Shown here: positions 52,858-62,808 of the stretch, piece by piece
Position numbering within the stretch: position 1 is the first letter of the stretch
Layout: the number at the start of each line of letters is the position of its first letter
Source of the DNA: Gammaproteobacteria bacterium
Lineage (GTDB): Bacteria > Pseudomonadota > Gammaproteobacteria > SZUA-229
Reading direction: 5' to 3'
Length of the DNA: 64,000 nt
NCBI GenBank assembly: GCA_016744065.1
Contig: JADGFA010000020.1
Location: 4,930 to 68,929, forward strand
Position numbers and translations under genes: made by a program
The notes under the pieces: model-generated
What the model saw: the letters and a program-made list of their open reading frames with translations, nothing else
Told to the model about the DNA's origin: nothing
The model's database searches: none

Positions 52858-54558
52858 TTAACGAATAAAACTTAGAAATAAATAACTAGCAAGAATCACA
52901 GCAACCCACATAACCATACTGCCTGCTGGATATGTGCGTGAAAGTAAACCACAGATTCCCTCATGTCTTTTAGAAAGAAATGACAGACACTGATTTAACC
53001 TTATGAGAAATGCCTGACGTAAAGCACTGTCTACCTGCCATATAACGGAAAACATTTGTTGTAATGTGTTGGGCAATACACGGCGATAAATCCAGTCAAA
53101 ATCTAGATTTGTAGAACGTAATTCGGGGGGATACATTCCTTTGAGATTAAGCCAGACAAAAGCCAGCGCAGAGAAGAACAGCAACTGAGTCTGTGCTAGT
53201 ACGTGGGTTGCATCATAAGGGTTGTAACTCGTGTTGTAAGGTAACAAAGAGTACAGGGCTGATGGATAGACCCCAATCGCAATACAAAGAACGGCAGCTA
53301 TCAGCATTGCTAATAACATGTTGTTGGGTGGATCACTTGCGCGGATGCCTGAGTCGTGAGCGAAGAAAGCAAAGTAGGGGATTTTAATACCCGCATGATG
53401 AAAAACCCCTGCTGAGGCAAATAACAGCATTAGCCATATCCAGTCATAACCATTTTCCAGGGCAGCGGACATCACCATTGATTTGCTCACGAAACCACTG
53501 AATAAAGGGAAAGCCGATATAGATGCAGCCCCTACAATGCACAGCACTGTGGTCTTAGGCATGGTTTTATATAAGCCACCAAGGTCAGAGCCATTGATGC
53601 GCCCTGTCATATGCAGCACGGCTCCCATTGACATAAATAACAAACCTTTAAAAATGACATCATTAAAAGCATGTGAAATTGCGCCATTAAGCGCGAGAGC
53701 GGTTCCAATACCGATACCGACAACCATAAACCCAACCTGATTGATAAGGCTATAGGCCAGCACCCGGCGTAGATCGTTTTCTATTACTGCAAAAAATATC
53801 GGGAAGCAGGTCATAGCTGCGCCAATATAAACCAGCAACTCTGTGCCAGGGTACCCACGAGCTAATGCATAAACGGCTACTTTGGTAGTAAACGCGCTGA
53901 GAAAAACAGTGCCTGTAACAGTGGCTTCAGGGTATGCATCAGTGAGCCAGTTGTGGGCCATAGGAAATGCACACTTAATGCCAAAGGCGATAAAGATCAA
54001 CCACCCTGAAACACCCTCTAGACCTATGTGACCGAACTCTAAAGTGTTGTTTTCGGAGGCATAAAATAGTGCGCCTGCAAGAAGAATGACACCGGATAAA
54101 ACTTGAATAATGAGGTAGCGCATACCAGCAACATAAGAGCTTTTAGTTCTGCGCGCCCAGATAAGAAATACTGAGGTAAATGCCAGTAATTCCCAGAAGA
54201 CAAATAACGTTAATAAATCACCCGCAAAAACAGCCCCCAGGCCACTGCCTGCATACAACATAGCAGCCATTTGTTGCATTGTGTCGCGAACGTGCAGGGA
54301 GTAGATAATGGCAATAAATGCGGCGAGGTGAAAAACGTAACCGAACATGAGGCTCAGCTTATCAACACGGTAAGGCGTTAGTTGATAATCTAGAAAAGTG
54401 AAATGTAAATGGATTCCTTCAGCTACTCCCCAGAGGTGGAGGGCACTCAGTACAGGTATTGCTAGCATAATCACATTGCGCAAAATACCTCGGGTGAACA
54501 GGACAATTAGTGCGCCTATAAAGAAAGGCAGAAAAGGGGGGATCTCAGGCATCCACAT
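52858..54558 (-). CDS. Proton-conducting antiporter-like membrane subunit (NuoL/MrpA N-terminal-like), third large subunit of the Mrp-type cluster
   Basis: 566 aa, ~16 TM. Proton_antipo_M-like core (…FVFWELLAFTSVFLI…, …GFMVVGIGIGT…). Last gene of the minus-strand operon. Confidence 0.7.
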   Translation of the reverse strand: MWMPEIPPFLPFFIGALIVLFTRGILRNVIMLAIPVLSALHLWGVAEGIHLHFTFLDYQLTPYRVDKLSLMFGYVFHLAAFIAIIYSLHVRDTMQQMAAMLYAGSGLGAVFAGDLLTLFVFWELLAFTSVFLIWARRTKSSYVAGMRYLIIQVLSGVILLAGALFYASENNTLEFGHIGLEGVSGWLIFIAFGIKCAFPMAHNWLTDAYPEATVTGTVFLSAFTTKVAVYALARGYPGTELLVYIGAAMTCFPIFFAVIENDLRRVLAYSLINQVGFMVVGIGIGTALALNGAISHAFNDVIFKGLLFMSMGAVLHMTGRINGSDLGGLYKTMPKTTVLCIVGAASISAFPLFSGFVSKSMVMSAALENGYDWIWLMLLFASAGVFHHAGIKIPYFAFFAHDSGIRASDPPNNMLLAMLIAAVLCIAIGVYPSALYSLLPYNTSYNPYDATHVLAQTQLLFFSALAFVWLNLKGMYPPELRSTNLDFDWIYRRVLPNTLQQMFSVIWQVDSALRQAFLIRLNQCLSFLSKRHEGICGLLSRTYPAGSMVMWVAVILASYLFLSFIR

Positions 54559-54877
54559 CGGGTCTACCTATTTCGTCATTTTGTTTTTTATCAACACTAC
54601 TGAGTTTTTCACCAATATCTGCTTTGCCTTCATTGGCATAATAATCTTCCGAGCGCATAAGAAAAGTACGCATCCATGTGGCGATTAACACCAGCACAAC
54701 GCAGCCAACAAAACCATAAAGCGGATAGAATCCCCAAAGGTTTTCCCAGTTGTGCATGACGTGACGATGGATAACAAAGTCCAATACAAAAAGAAGTACA
54801 CAACTCCCATAGAGAAAATACAAAAGTCGTTTTATATTTTTAGGATTATCAAAAAGATATTTTTTTTTATTTTCCAT
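54545..54877 (-). CDS. Small membrane protein (110 aa) embedded in the Mrp-type operon
   Basis: Two TM helices. Overlaps neighbours on both sides, suggesting translational coupling. No family recognised. Confidence 0.45.
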   Translation of the reverse strand: MENKKKYLFDNPKNIKRLLYFLYGSCVLLFVLDFVIHRHVMHNWENLWGFYPLYGFVGCVVLVLIATWMRTFLMRSEDYYANEGKADIGEKLSSVDKKQNDEIGRPDVDA

Positions 54878-54880
54878 GAG

Positions 54881-56362
54881 TTACTCCGGGGTTGCCAAAA
54901 TGGCCTTAGCCAATTCATATAACGGTTGTGGATATACAAAAAGAACCACGCAACCCACAGTGGTAATACTCAATGCAATTAATGATGCTAGTGGAGCTTC
55001 TTTTATCTTGGTGCCTGTATTCGCAAATGGAATATTATTTTTAGAGAAAAAGGCATGAAAAGGTATGGGTAATAGATAAGCAATATTCAGCAAAGAGCTG
55101 ATCATAAGTACCACCATAAGAATCCATTGCTCAGTTTCCAGAGTACCCATTAGCAGAAACCACTTGCTCCAGATTCCCCCGGCGGGGGGGACACCAATGA
55201 TGCTGAGGCTGGCAATAAAAAATGCCGCCATGGTAATTGGCATTTGCAGGCCAAGGCCACGCATTTCACTTATTTTTGATTTATGTGCTGTGACCAGAAT
55301 GGCACCTGCACAGAAAAACAGGGTGATCTTGCCAAAAGCATGTGTGGCAATATGCATTGAGCTACCAATAACGCCCGCCGATGTCGCCAACAATGCGCCA
55401 ATAGTGATATAGCCCAGTTGGCTTATGGTTGAGTATGCCAGTCTGGCTTTTAAATTGTCCTGGCGCATAGCCACCAGTGAGGCCAGTAATACAGATGCAC
55501 CTGCTAGATAGAGTAAGAACTGCGTGGTTGGCAGTATCGATAACAAATCAATGCCAAAGATAAATAGACATACTTTCAATATGGTGAATACGCCAGCCTT
55601 TACCACGGCTACAGCATGCAGCAGAGCACTCACGGGTGTTGGTGCAACCATTGCCGCCGGTAACCAGCGATGAAAAGGCATAATTGCGGCTTTGCCAATA
55701 CCAAAAATAAACAGCACCAATATTACACCTGCAACGGTGGTATTAACGTCAGAATCAAATATGCCACCGGGTTTAAAGTCTAATGTGCCGGCCACAAACC
55801 AGGTACTGATAATGGCTAAAAGGAAAAAGACAATTGAAGTACCCAGCAATACTCCAAGATAAACTCGTCCGCCTTTTTTTGCCTTTTCAGTACCCGCATG
55901 GGTAACTAATGGGTAGGTGGACAGGGTTAGTGTTTCGTAGAAAATAAATAGGGTGAATAGGTTTTCGGCAAATGCAATCCCCATCACGCTGCCAATGGCG
56001 ATAGCAAAACAGGCATAGAATTGAGTTTGATTCTGTTCCTCATGGTGGCGCATATAACCGATGGAGTAGACAGTGGTTATTAGCCAGAGAAAGCTGGCAA
56101 TTAAAGCAAACAGCATTCCCAGCGGTTCAATGTTAAAGCTTATCTGTAAATTGGGTAAAAGCGGCCACCAGGTCACACTGATACTTTCACCCTGTTTGAT
56201 TCCCTGATAAAGATTAACTGAAAGGTAGAGCAGTATTAAACTGCTAATAATGGTCACAGCCTCACGCAAGTTGGGTTTGTTGCCTGTTGCCACAATAGCC
56301 AGCGTCGTTAATATGGGCAGGATAATACTCAGTTGTAGCATGGATTCCAGAGAAAGAGTCAT
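54881..56362 (-). CDS. mrpD: Mrp antiporter subunit D-like (NuoM/N-like) membrane protein
   Basis: 493 aa, ~14 TM, Proton_antipo_M core. 4-nt overlap with the upstream mrpD-like gene. Confidence 0.75.
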   Translation of the reverse strand: MTLSLESMLQLSIILPILTTLAIVATGNKPNLREAVTIISSLILLYLSVNLYQGIKQGESISVTWWPLLPNLQISFNIEPLGMLFALIASFLWLITTVYSIGYMRHHEEQNQTQFYACFAIAIGSVMGIAFAENLFTLFIFYETLTLSTYPLVTHAGTEKAKKGGRVYLGVLLGTSIVFFLLAIISTWFVAGTLDFKPGGIFDSDVNTTVAGVILVLFIFGIGKAAIMPFHRWLPAAMVAPTPVSALLHAVAVVKAGVFTILKVCLFIFGIDLLSILPTTQFLLYLAGASVLLASLVAMRQDNLKARLAYSTISQLGYITIGALLATSAGVIGSSMHIATHAFGKITLFFCAGAILVTAHKSKISEMRGLGLQMPITMAAFFIASLSIIGVPPAGGIWSKWFLLMGTLETEQWILMVVLMISSLLNIAYLLPIPFHAFFSKNNIPFANTGTKIKEAPLASLIALSITTVGCVVLFVYPQPLYELAKAILATPE

Positions 56363-57837
56363 GGATTCACCCCGAACAAACTCTGCGATGCGGCCTGTGC
56401 AACCTCAATGCTAAGGCGCGTATCTATGCCGAAATAAATGTTGGCCATTACCAGTATCCAGATGGGAACCAGCAATGAAAATGGTGCTTCCTTAATGTTT
56501 TCATTGCTGGTTAATGGAGGCCTAAAATAAGCCATTTCAACGATTCGCCACACGTAAACAACGGCTAAAAGTGAGCCTAGTAGGATAAGTAATGCAACAG
56601 GCCACCAGCCACTTTCAATCACCGCCAGAATCAGATACCACTTGCTAACAAAGCCAACAGTGAGTGGCACCCCTATTAAACTTAAGCCGCCTATTACAAT
56701 GGCTGCCATAGTGATGGGCATTTGACGACCCAGACCCTGAAACTGACTCAGTTGAACACTACCTATACGGTACATCACTGCACCTAGTGCTAAAAACAGG
56801 GCGCTTTTCATTAAAGCGTGATTAAACAGGTGCAATAAGGTCGCCATTAAACCGGTTGTTGTACTAACGCTGAATCCAACAATCATGTAACCGATCTGAG
56901 CGATACTTGAGTAGGCGAATAGATGTTTGACATTTTTTTGATAGATCGCCGCAATTGAGGCTGCAAATATTCCTGATAGACCCAGCACCAAAAACAGAAT
57001 ATGTAGGGGCAGGGCTGTAAAAGAAAAGGAAAGCCCGAATACTGAAAAGGTAAAGCGAATAAGTAAATAAATAGCAACTTTTGTTGCCGTAGCCGCAAAG
57101 AATGCCGTTACTATTGAAGGCGCATAAGCATAGGCATTAGGCAGCCATAGATGCAATGGAAACAGTGCCAGTTTCAGGCAGATGCCCACAATAACAAAGG
57201 CAAAAGCAGTAAAAACAGTTCGAGTATGCGCCACCTCTGGCAGACGTATAGAAAGGTCATGCATATTCAGGGTGCCGGTCATCTGGTACATCAAACCTAT
57301 ACCTATCAGGATAAATGTGGCACCAATGGTTCCCATAATTAAATACTGATAGGCTGCCCAGAGCGCGCGTCTGTCTTTGCCCAATGCGATTAAAGCGTAA
57401 GCTGACAGGGAAGAAATTTCCAGAAATACAAAGACATTAAAAGCATCACCTGTCGCAACTATGCCAAGCATTCCGGCCAGAGATAACAGGTATAAAATAT
57501 AAAAATAGCTATGTTTTTCTGCGGGAATTTCCTTTTGTATACTGGTATCAGCGGCAAGTAGTACAACAGTACTAACCGATGAAATAATCAGTAACAGGAA
57601 TGCATTAAGATGATCGATACGATATTCAATACCCCAGGGTGCATCCCATCCCCCCAGTTCGTAAATAATAATGCCCGAAGTCATTACCTGCTGCAGTAAA
57701 AGGGCGCTGATCAAAAAAGCTAAACCACTTACCATTAAAGCGAACAGCCATACCAGGCGTGATCGTGTTAGAAACAGGCACAAAGGTGCAGCCATAAGCG
57801 GCACAATAACTTGTAAAACTGGCAAATGCGTTAACAA
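56359..57837 (-). CDS. mrpD: Mrp antiporter subunit D-like (NuoM/N-like) membrane protein
   Basis: 492 aa, ~14 TM. …LIMGTIGATFILIGIGL…, …AYSSIAQIGYMIVG…. Confidence 0.75.
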   Translation of the reverse strand: MLTHLPVLQVIVPLMAAPLCLFLTRSRLVWLFALMVSGLAFLISALLLQQVMTSGIIIYELGGWDAPWGIEYRIDHLNAFLLLIISSVSTVVLLAADTSIQKEIPAEKHSYFYILYLLSLAGMLGIVATGDAFNVFVFLEISSLSAYALIALGKDRRALWAAYQYLIMGTIGATFILIGIGLMYQMTGTLNMHDLSIRLPEVAHTRTVFTAFAFVIVGICLKLALFPLHLWLPNAYAYAPSIVTAFFAATATKVAIYLLIRFTFSVFGLSFSFTALPLHILFLVLGLSGIFAASIAAIYQKNVKHLFAYSSIAQIGYMIVGFSVSTTTGLMATLLHLFNHALMKSALFLALGAVMYRIGSVQLSQFQGLGRQMPITMAAIVIGGLSLIGVPLTVGFVSKWYLILAVIESGWWPVALLILLGSLLAVVYVWRIVEMAYFRPPLTSNENIKEAPFSLLVPIWILVMANIYFGIDTRLSIEVAQAASQSLFGVNP

Positions 57838-58184
57838 TCCAGGTTGTCCTTTTTTTGTATTTCTTCTTCTTCAATGCTTCCATAGGTTTCTTTAATGCGC
57901 ACTGCCAGTGCGAGTCCCAAAGCGGTGGTGGCAATGCCAACTACAATTGCAGTGAGAATTAAAACGTGTGGTAAGGGGTTTGAATATTGAGTTATGCCAT
58001 CAGCTAAAATGGGAGCAGTGCCACCATCAACCTTAGCCATACTGATATAAAATATAAAAACTGACGTCTGAAAAATGCTCAGCCCAACAATCTTCTTAAT
58101 AAGATTGCCATGAGCGATAACGATGTAAAACCCGACCATCATCAGCACCACCACAATCCAGTAGTTATAGAGTCCCATTAACAT
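57831..58184 (-). CDS. mrpC: Mrp antiporter subunit C (NuoK-like)
   Basis: 117 aa, 3 TM. MLMGLYNYWIVVVLMMVGFYIVIAHGNLIKKIVGLSIFQTSVFIFYI matches MnhC/NuoK. Confidence 0.8.
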   Translation of the reverse strand: MLMGLYNYWIVVVLMMVGFYIVIAHGNLIKKIVGLSIFQTSVFIFYISMAKVDGGTAPILADGITQYSNPLPHVLILTAIVVGIATTALGLALAVRIKETYGSIEEEEIQKKDNLDC

Positions 58185-59248
58185 TACTTTTTGTTATTTT
58201 CCTTGAGGTTATTTTCTATGCCGTTACTTTCAAGGTTTTGACCGTTATCTTTGCGGTCTGCAAAACTGAAAAAGATGATGACCATAACCGATGCAACCGT
58301 GCAGCCAACGCCCAGTTCGATTAAAAGTATGCCCAGGTGTTGGCCTGCAATTGGGTCAACAGATAAAGCGCTGTAATCAAAAAAATTTTTGCCGTTTAAC
58401 AGGGAAACAACACCTACACTGCCGTATAGCAAAACGCCGATAGCTGCTAGCAACTGAATAAAGGACTGATTAATCACTCGACGTGCGGTACTCATGCCAA
58501 ACAACATGGCATACAGGAAAATGGCTGAGGCAAAGATCACGCCGGCTTGAAAACCACCGCCTGGGCCATAATCTCCATGAAACTGTACATAAAATGCATA
58601 GAGAAAAATAAAAGGAATCAGCATTTTGGTTACAATGCGCAGAACTAAATGTTGCTCGTGCATTGAGTCATTGATCAAGTCAATTTTTGCAATATCTCTG
58701 GCTTTATCCCCTGTTGTATTTTTGGGACGACGCACCACTGACAAAAGCGCCAATACTCCCATGCCTGCGGTAAAAATTACGACCACTTCACCAAAAGTAT
58801 CGAATGCTCTATAGCTTGCGAGCACAGAAGTTACGATATTTGGTACGCCTACTTCCTCTATAGAATCGTTAATGTAACGAGGTGCAACATGTTGGTGAAC
58901 TGGGGCTTGTGCAGAGCCAAAATACGGCATATCCAGAGTGCCATAGATCAACAGGCTGCCGGTGATAATCACTACAGCTAAAGCTAAAAAAGGTTTATGA
59001 CGAACCGGATGCTCTGAACGTCCTGTCATGGCAATTGTTACCAGCATGAGCAGAGTAGAAATCCCCGCACCCACGGATGCTTCTGTAAATGCCACGTCAA
59101 CAGCATCCATCGCGACAAAAAAACTAGCTGATAACAAACCGTAAATGCCTAATAGCATAATCACCGCTAGCAGGTCTTTCATCCAGACAATGGCAAAGGC
59201 AATACCTACCAGAAAGGCCAGTAAGACTATATCAATCAGGGATTCCAT
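58184..59248 (-). CDS. mrpB: Fusion of MrpA C-terminal region (DUF4040 + MnhB-like domain) with MrpB
   Basis: 354 aa. N-terminal DUF4040-like TM pair. Middle ...NIVTSVLASYRAFDTFGEVVVIFTAG... (PF04039-type). C-terminal ...FHGDYGPGGGFQAGVIFASAIF... (the MrpB GPGGGF motif). Confidence 0.7.
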   Translation of the reverse strand: MESLIDIVLLAFLVGIAFAIVWMKDLLAVIMLLGIYGLLSASFFVAMDAVDVAFTEASVGAGISTLLMLVTIAMTGRSEHPVRHKPFLALAVVIITGSLLIYGTLDMPYFGSAQAPVHQHVAPRYINDSIEEVGVPNIVTSVLASYRAFDTFGEVVVIFTAGMGVLALLSVVRRPKNTTGDKARDIAKIDLINDSMHEQHLVLRIVTKMLIPFIFLYAFYVQFHGDYGPGGGFQAGVIFASAIFLYAMLFGMSTARRVINQSFIQLLAAIGVLLYGSVGVVSLLNGKNFFDYSALSVDPIAGQHLGILLIELGVGCTVASVMVIIFFSFADRKDNGQNLESNGIENNLKENNKK

Positions 59249-59577
59249 GGCTTCACCTGTTCACTGTCTGGTTTCTCATTATTCTTTTGTGAAAAATCAT
59301 TGCGCATTGCAGCGCTGGCTAGAGCATGGCTTGCTGTGGGGCTAATAAATAAACTCATGATCAGGATGATCATGAGTTTAATATCCACAAAAAAATCTGG
59401 ATTGTGTAACATTAAACCGATTAAAATCATCGCAGTGGCTAAAGTTTCAGTCACACCAACCGCATGCATTCGAGTATAAAAATCTGGAAAGCGTAAAATA
59501 CCAACCCCGCCCGATATGCACAAAAAACTGCCTGTTAATAAAAACACTGAGCTACTTATATTTATGAAAGTATCCAT
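59236..59577 (-). CDS. mrpG: Mrp antiporter subunit G
   Basis: MDTFINISSSVFLLTGSFLCISGGVGILRFPDFYTRMHAVGVTETLATAMILIG is the MnhG/PhaG signature. Internal ATG at 59577 preferred over the 59694 track start, which overlaps mrpF by ~100 nt. Confidence 0.75.
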   Translation of the reverse strand: MDTFINISSSVFLLTGSFLCISGGVGILRFPDFYTRMHAVGVTETLATAMILIGLMLHNPDFFVDIKLMIILIMSLFISPTASHALASAAMRNDFSQKNNEKPDSEQVKPWNP

Positions 59578-59593
59578 TATAAATTTTTTTTCA

Positions 59594-59869
59594 TTATTTT
59601 TTCTGTTGATTGCTGTGCTTAAATATTGAACTGTCTGAATAACGCAACACGCCAATAACACTGATAAAATTAATGAGGGCGTAGACGATAGCAATATCCA
59701 GAAACTCGGGGCGCCCCATCACAAAACCTAACAGTGAAATGAGCAGAACTGTCTTAGTGCCAAACATATTGACGGCAAGGATACGGTCGTAGAGCGTAGG
59801 CCCCATGATCCCTCGAGTGATGGCCATAACCATGACAATAAGAATGGCTAAGGTTGCAGCTATTAGCAT
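59594..59869 (-). CDS. mrpF: Mrp antiporter subunit F
   Basis: 91 aa, 3 TM. ...AITRGIMGPTLYDRILAVNMFGTKTVLLISLLG... matches MnhF. Confidence 0.75.
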   Translation of the reverse strand: MLIAATLAILIVMVMAITRGIMGPTLYDRILAVNMFGTKTVLLISLLGFVMGRPEFLDIAIVYALINFISVIGVLRYSDSSIFKHSNQQKK

Positions 59870-60339
59870 TAATTTTCCAGTTGAGCGACGCGGCGATCCA
59901 TTTCACCGGCTTTAAGTTCTTTTATCGATTCCTGTAATAAAGCGTGTACCATAAATTGGTCACCTTGCAAATTTACGGTAACGGTACCCGGTGTCAGCGT
60001 AATAGAATTTGCGTAGATAACTTTTCCTATATCCGTTTTCTGACTGGCAGTAATGGTTGTAAAAGCGGGAGATATAGACTTGTTGCCAAGCCAGATATGT
60101 TTAACAACCAGGAAATTTGCGAGAATGATTTCTTTATTCAGCCATGCATAGAAGCCAGGAAGTTTTAGCGTGAGATGCATGGGTTGAGATTCGTGGTCGA
60201 CTACATCCATTCGGTGGGCGATGTATATAACAAAGACAATCGAAATCATGCCAAGTGACAGCATGAGTGTGGTGTTGTGACCTGAGTTAAGTAACCAGAA
60301 AGTAACTAAAGTCAGAGATAGAATAATGGTATGTCGCAT
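59869..60339 (-). CDS. mrpE: Mrp antiporter subunit E
   Basis: 156 aa. MRHTIILSLTLVTFWLLNSGH... matches the MnhE N-terminus. First gene of the minus-strand operon. Confidence 0.75.
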   Translation of the reverse strand: MRHTIILSLTLVTFWLLNSGHNTTLMLSLGMISIVFVIYIAHRMDVVDHESQPMHLTLKLPGFYAWLNKEIILANFLVVKHIWLGNKSISPAFTTITASQKTDIGKVIYANSITLTPGTVTVNLQGDQFMVHALLQESIKELKAGEMDRRVAQLEN

Positions 60340-60433
60340 TAGTTAGCCCTGCTATTTTAAATTGCGTAATCGGGGCATTCCAGAGTGAGTCTTATGATGT
60401 AAAGAATGAAAAAACATCGTTGATTCAGATCGT

Positions 60434-60868
60434 TTAATTTTGACTAAGTTGATTACACGGGTATTCAGTTTTAAATATCTTTAAAATGGTATCTCTTAGC
60501 ATTTTAACGCTAACAATTTGAGGTGATAGTTGCTTTGCAACCGTCTTTATAACAAGTTCATTCGATTCATTAACGGGTATGCAAAAATGATAAAAACCGC
60601 TGGGTAATGTTCGACCCTTAGTGCGATAGGGTTTATATTTTTTGTTAGTCTGTTCATCTTTAACTAAAGAGTTAATGGCTTGAGCATTGGCAAGAAAGCC
60701 TTGAATAAAATACTTACAGGATTCGGTATTTTCATGCTCTGATGTGGCTATTAAAGACTGACAGGATGAAAGTAAGTGGAGATCGTCATTTTGCCTGATT
60801 TTTTCAGTTGCAAAAACTGACAATGAAGCAAATGATGCAATAACAAATAGATACGCCCTGAATTTCAT
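60434..60868 (-). CDS. Secreted hypothetical protein (144 aa)
   Basis: Signal peptide MKFRAYLFVIASFASLSVFA. No family recognised. Confidence 0.4.
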   Translation of the reverse strand: MKFRAYLFVIASFASLSVFATEKIRQNDDLHLLSSCQSLIATSEHENTESCKYFIQGFLANAQAINSLVKDEQTNKKYKPYRTKGRTLPSGFYHFCIPVNESNELVIKTVAKQLSPQIVSVKMLRDTILKIFKTEYPCNQLSQN

Positions 60869-61028
60869 CTAACTATCTCCAGTTTATGATCTTTGTATTT
60901 ATAACAAATTTAACTTATTCGTATGCATCCGTAAATTCGAAAAATATTTTGTTATTGTTCGGATAATTCGAATTGTGTGAGTTTAGAATTTATCTGTTAA
61001 TTTTGAAGTTGTTGAATTCAACATATTG

Positions 61029-61757
61029 TTATGCCTTTGTCTTCAGCAGAAGTATCTCTTCCAGCCGGAGTCTTGTCAAACCTTGAATGGTGCGCCATAA
61101 GTAATAGAGAATAGCTAGCATCATCAACATGGAGGGAATGACTATGACAGGATAGCTCAGCAAGGTCATTTGCCCTAACTGCTCATTAAACGCACTACTA
61201 CCTGCAGGGCTTTTGACGATCCATCTGGCAAGAATGTAGTTCATAATTGCAGAAAAGAAAAAGGTAGTGCTTAGCAAGTAAGTGGCTTTTAACAGGTGGG
61301 CTTCAAATAGAGCCACATTATTAAATTCATCTAATCTCTTTTTAATTCTATCGATATTCATAACTTTCGGATTATAAATAAGCGTTCTGATCAGAGGGTA
61401 GCGAGTTCTGGTTGAAATAAGTACCGCGATTCCAATTAATGCGGGTATTGATGCTTCTTTAATCGCTAACCATTGACTATCTAGTTGTAATAAACCAATA
61501 CCACCTGTCGACAAAACGCTGATTAAGCCGAGCAAAGCAATAAAATTAAATTTTCTATATTTAGTAAACTCGTACAGTCCCAGGCTTATAGGAAAACATA
61601 AAGCAACTAGCAGTGCATTTGTTGCGCCCAGGTCATCTTCGCCACTGAATTTCATCAAAACAATCGAAGGAATTATAATGCTAAACATCAACTCAATAAG
61701 TGGGTGTTGTTTATGTTCAGATGATTTTTGAGTAACAGCTTCGGGAGTGTTAGTCAT
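61029..61757 (-). CDS. Integral membrane protein (242 aa, ~6 TM), family unknown
   Basis: Hydrophobic helices throughout. Basic loops. Confidence 0.45.
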   Translation of the reverse strand: MTNTPEAVTQKSSEHKQHPLIELMFSIIIPSIVLMKFSGEDDLGATNALLVALCFPISLGLYEFTKYRKFNFIALLGLISVLSTGGIGLLQLDSQWLAIKEASIPALIGIAVLISTRTRYPLIRTLIYNPKVMNIDRIKKRLDEFNNVALFEAHLLKATYLLSTTFFFSAIMNYILARWIVKSPAGSSAFNEQLGQMTLLSYPVIVIPSMLMMLAILYYLWRTIQGLTRLRLEEILLLKTKA

Positions 61758-61786
61758 TTATTTTATCTATGTCTAATTTATTTTTC

Positions 61787-62200
61787 TTAAAAACGAACCT
61801 GTGTCACAGGATGCCCATCTTTAATCCACTGGGTGATGCCGTCACGCACATTATAAATGCGGGTGTAGCCCAATTTTTCAATCAGATGAGTTGCTAATTT
61901 TCGAGTGCGGTTACCGGTGCGACAAATTAGAATGACCGGGCTGTTTTTATTTACAGCACTTGAAAAGTTGGGCATAAAGTCTGGATTTACCCTGGCTTCT
62001 TTATCAATAATAGTAAGAAGTTTGCTGCCCTTGATCACGCCTGTTTGACTCCATTCATCAACGCGACGTACGTCATAAACGGGTACGCCCTGTTCAATCA
62101 TTGTTTTTAGCTGCGCATTATTTAGATTTGTATAAGGTGGTTCCGTGCAACCAGTTAATATAAGGAGCAACAGGTAAAGCCCCGGTAGTCTAAAAGACAT
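61787..62200 (-). CDS. Rhodanese-domain lipoprotein (thiosulfate sulfurtransferase-like)
   Basis: Lipobox LILTGC. Active-site loop ILICRTGNRT (Cys-Arg-x-Gly-x-Arg) is typical of single-domain rhodaneses. Confidence 0.75.
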   Translation of the reverse strand: MSFRLPGLYLLLLILTGCTEPPYTNLNNAQLKTMIEQGVPVYDVRRVDEWSQTGVIKGSKLLTIIDKEARVNPDFMPNFSSAVNKNSPVILICRTGNRTRKLATHLIEKLGYTRIYNVRDGITQWIKDGHPVTQVRF

Positions 62201-62808
62201 GTTTAATATTCCAGTTTAATATGACTTATAAATAAAAATGCATAAACGGTTGTAGCCATTTAATTAGCATTGCTAATAGAGGGGCTTCAATTTAACCTTA
62301 GTTTTTTATGAGCATGATTTTGCTGAAGGCAATCTGATTTATTAATACGTACTCTGACAGGTGCGGGGACTGGATCGATAAACATATTGATCGTCTCTAG
62401 CCACTGCATGAAAGTGGCAAGTATTTTTTTATAAAAGTGAATCAACATAACTATCTCTCTGAAAAATTACAGGTTTACTTACAATAAGCATATTAACGAT
62501 TGAGATAGAGCTGGTTAAGTCGAATCTTATACATCATTAGTTCGGATTTTTCGATTATTTGAAAAAAATAGTATGTTTTTCATAGAAAAACCAATAACTC
62601 TCTGTCTGTTTTATATCGGTTAGTTCGTAAAATACGATGTTAATGCTGTATATATTCGAATTAACTTATGATTATGTACGCTGTAATATATATATTACAG
62701 CGTACAGTGCTATACCGTTACCCGTATTATAAAGCTATTAGGGTTATAGAGCTGTCAAGGCTATAAACTGTAGGGCAACTATATTTATAAACTAAAACAG
62801 GTAAAACA

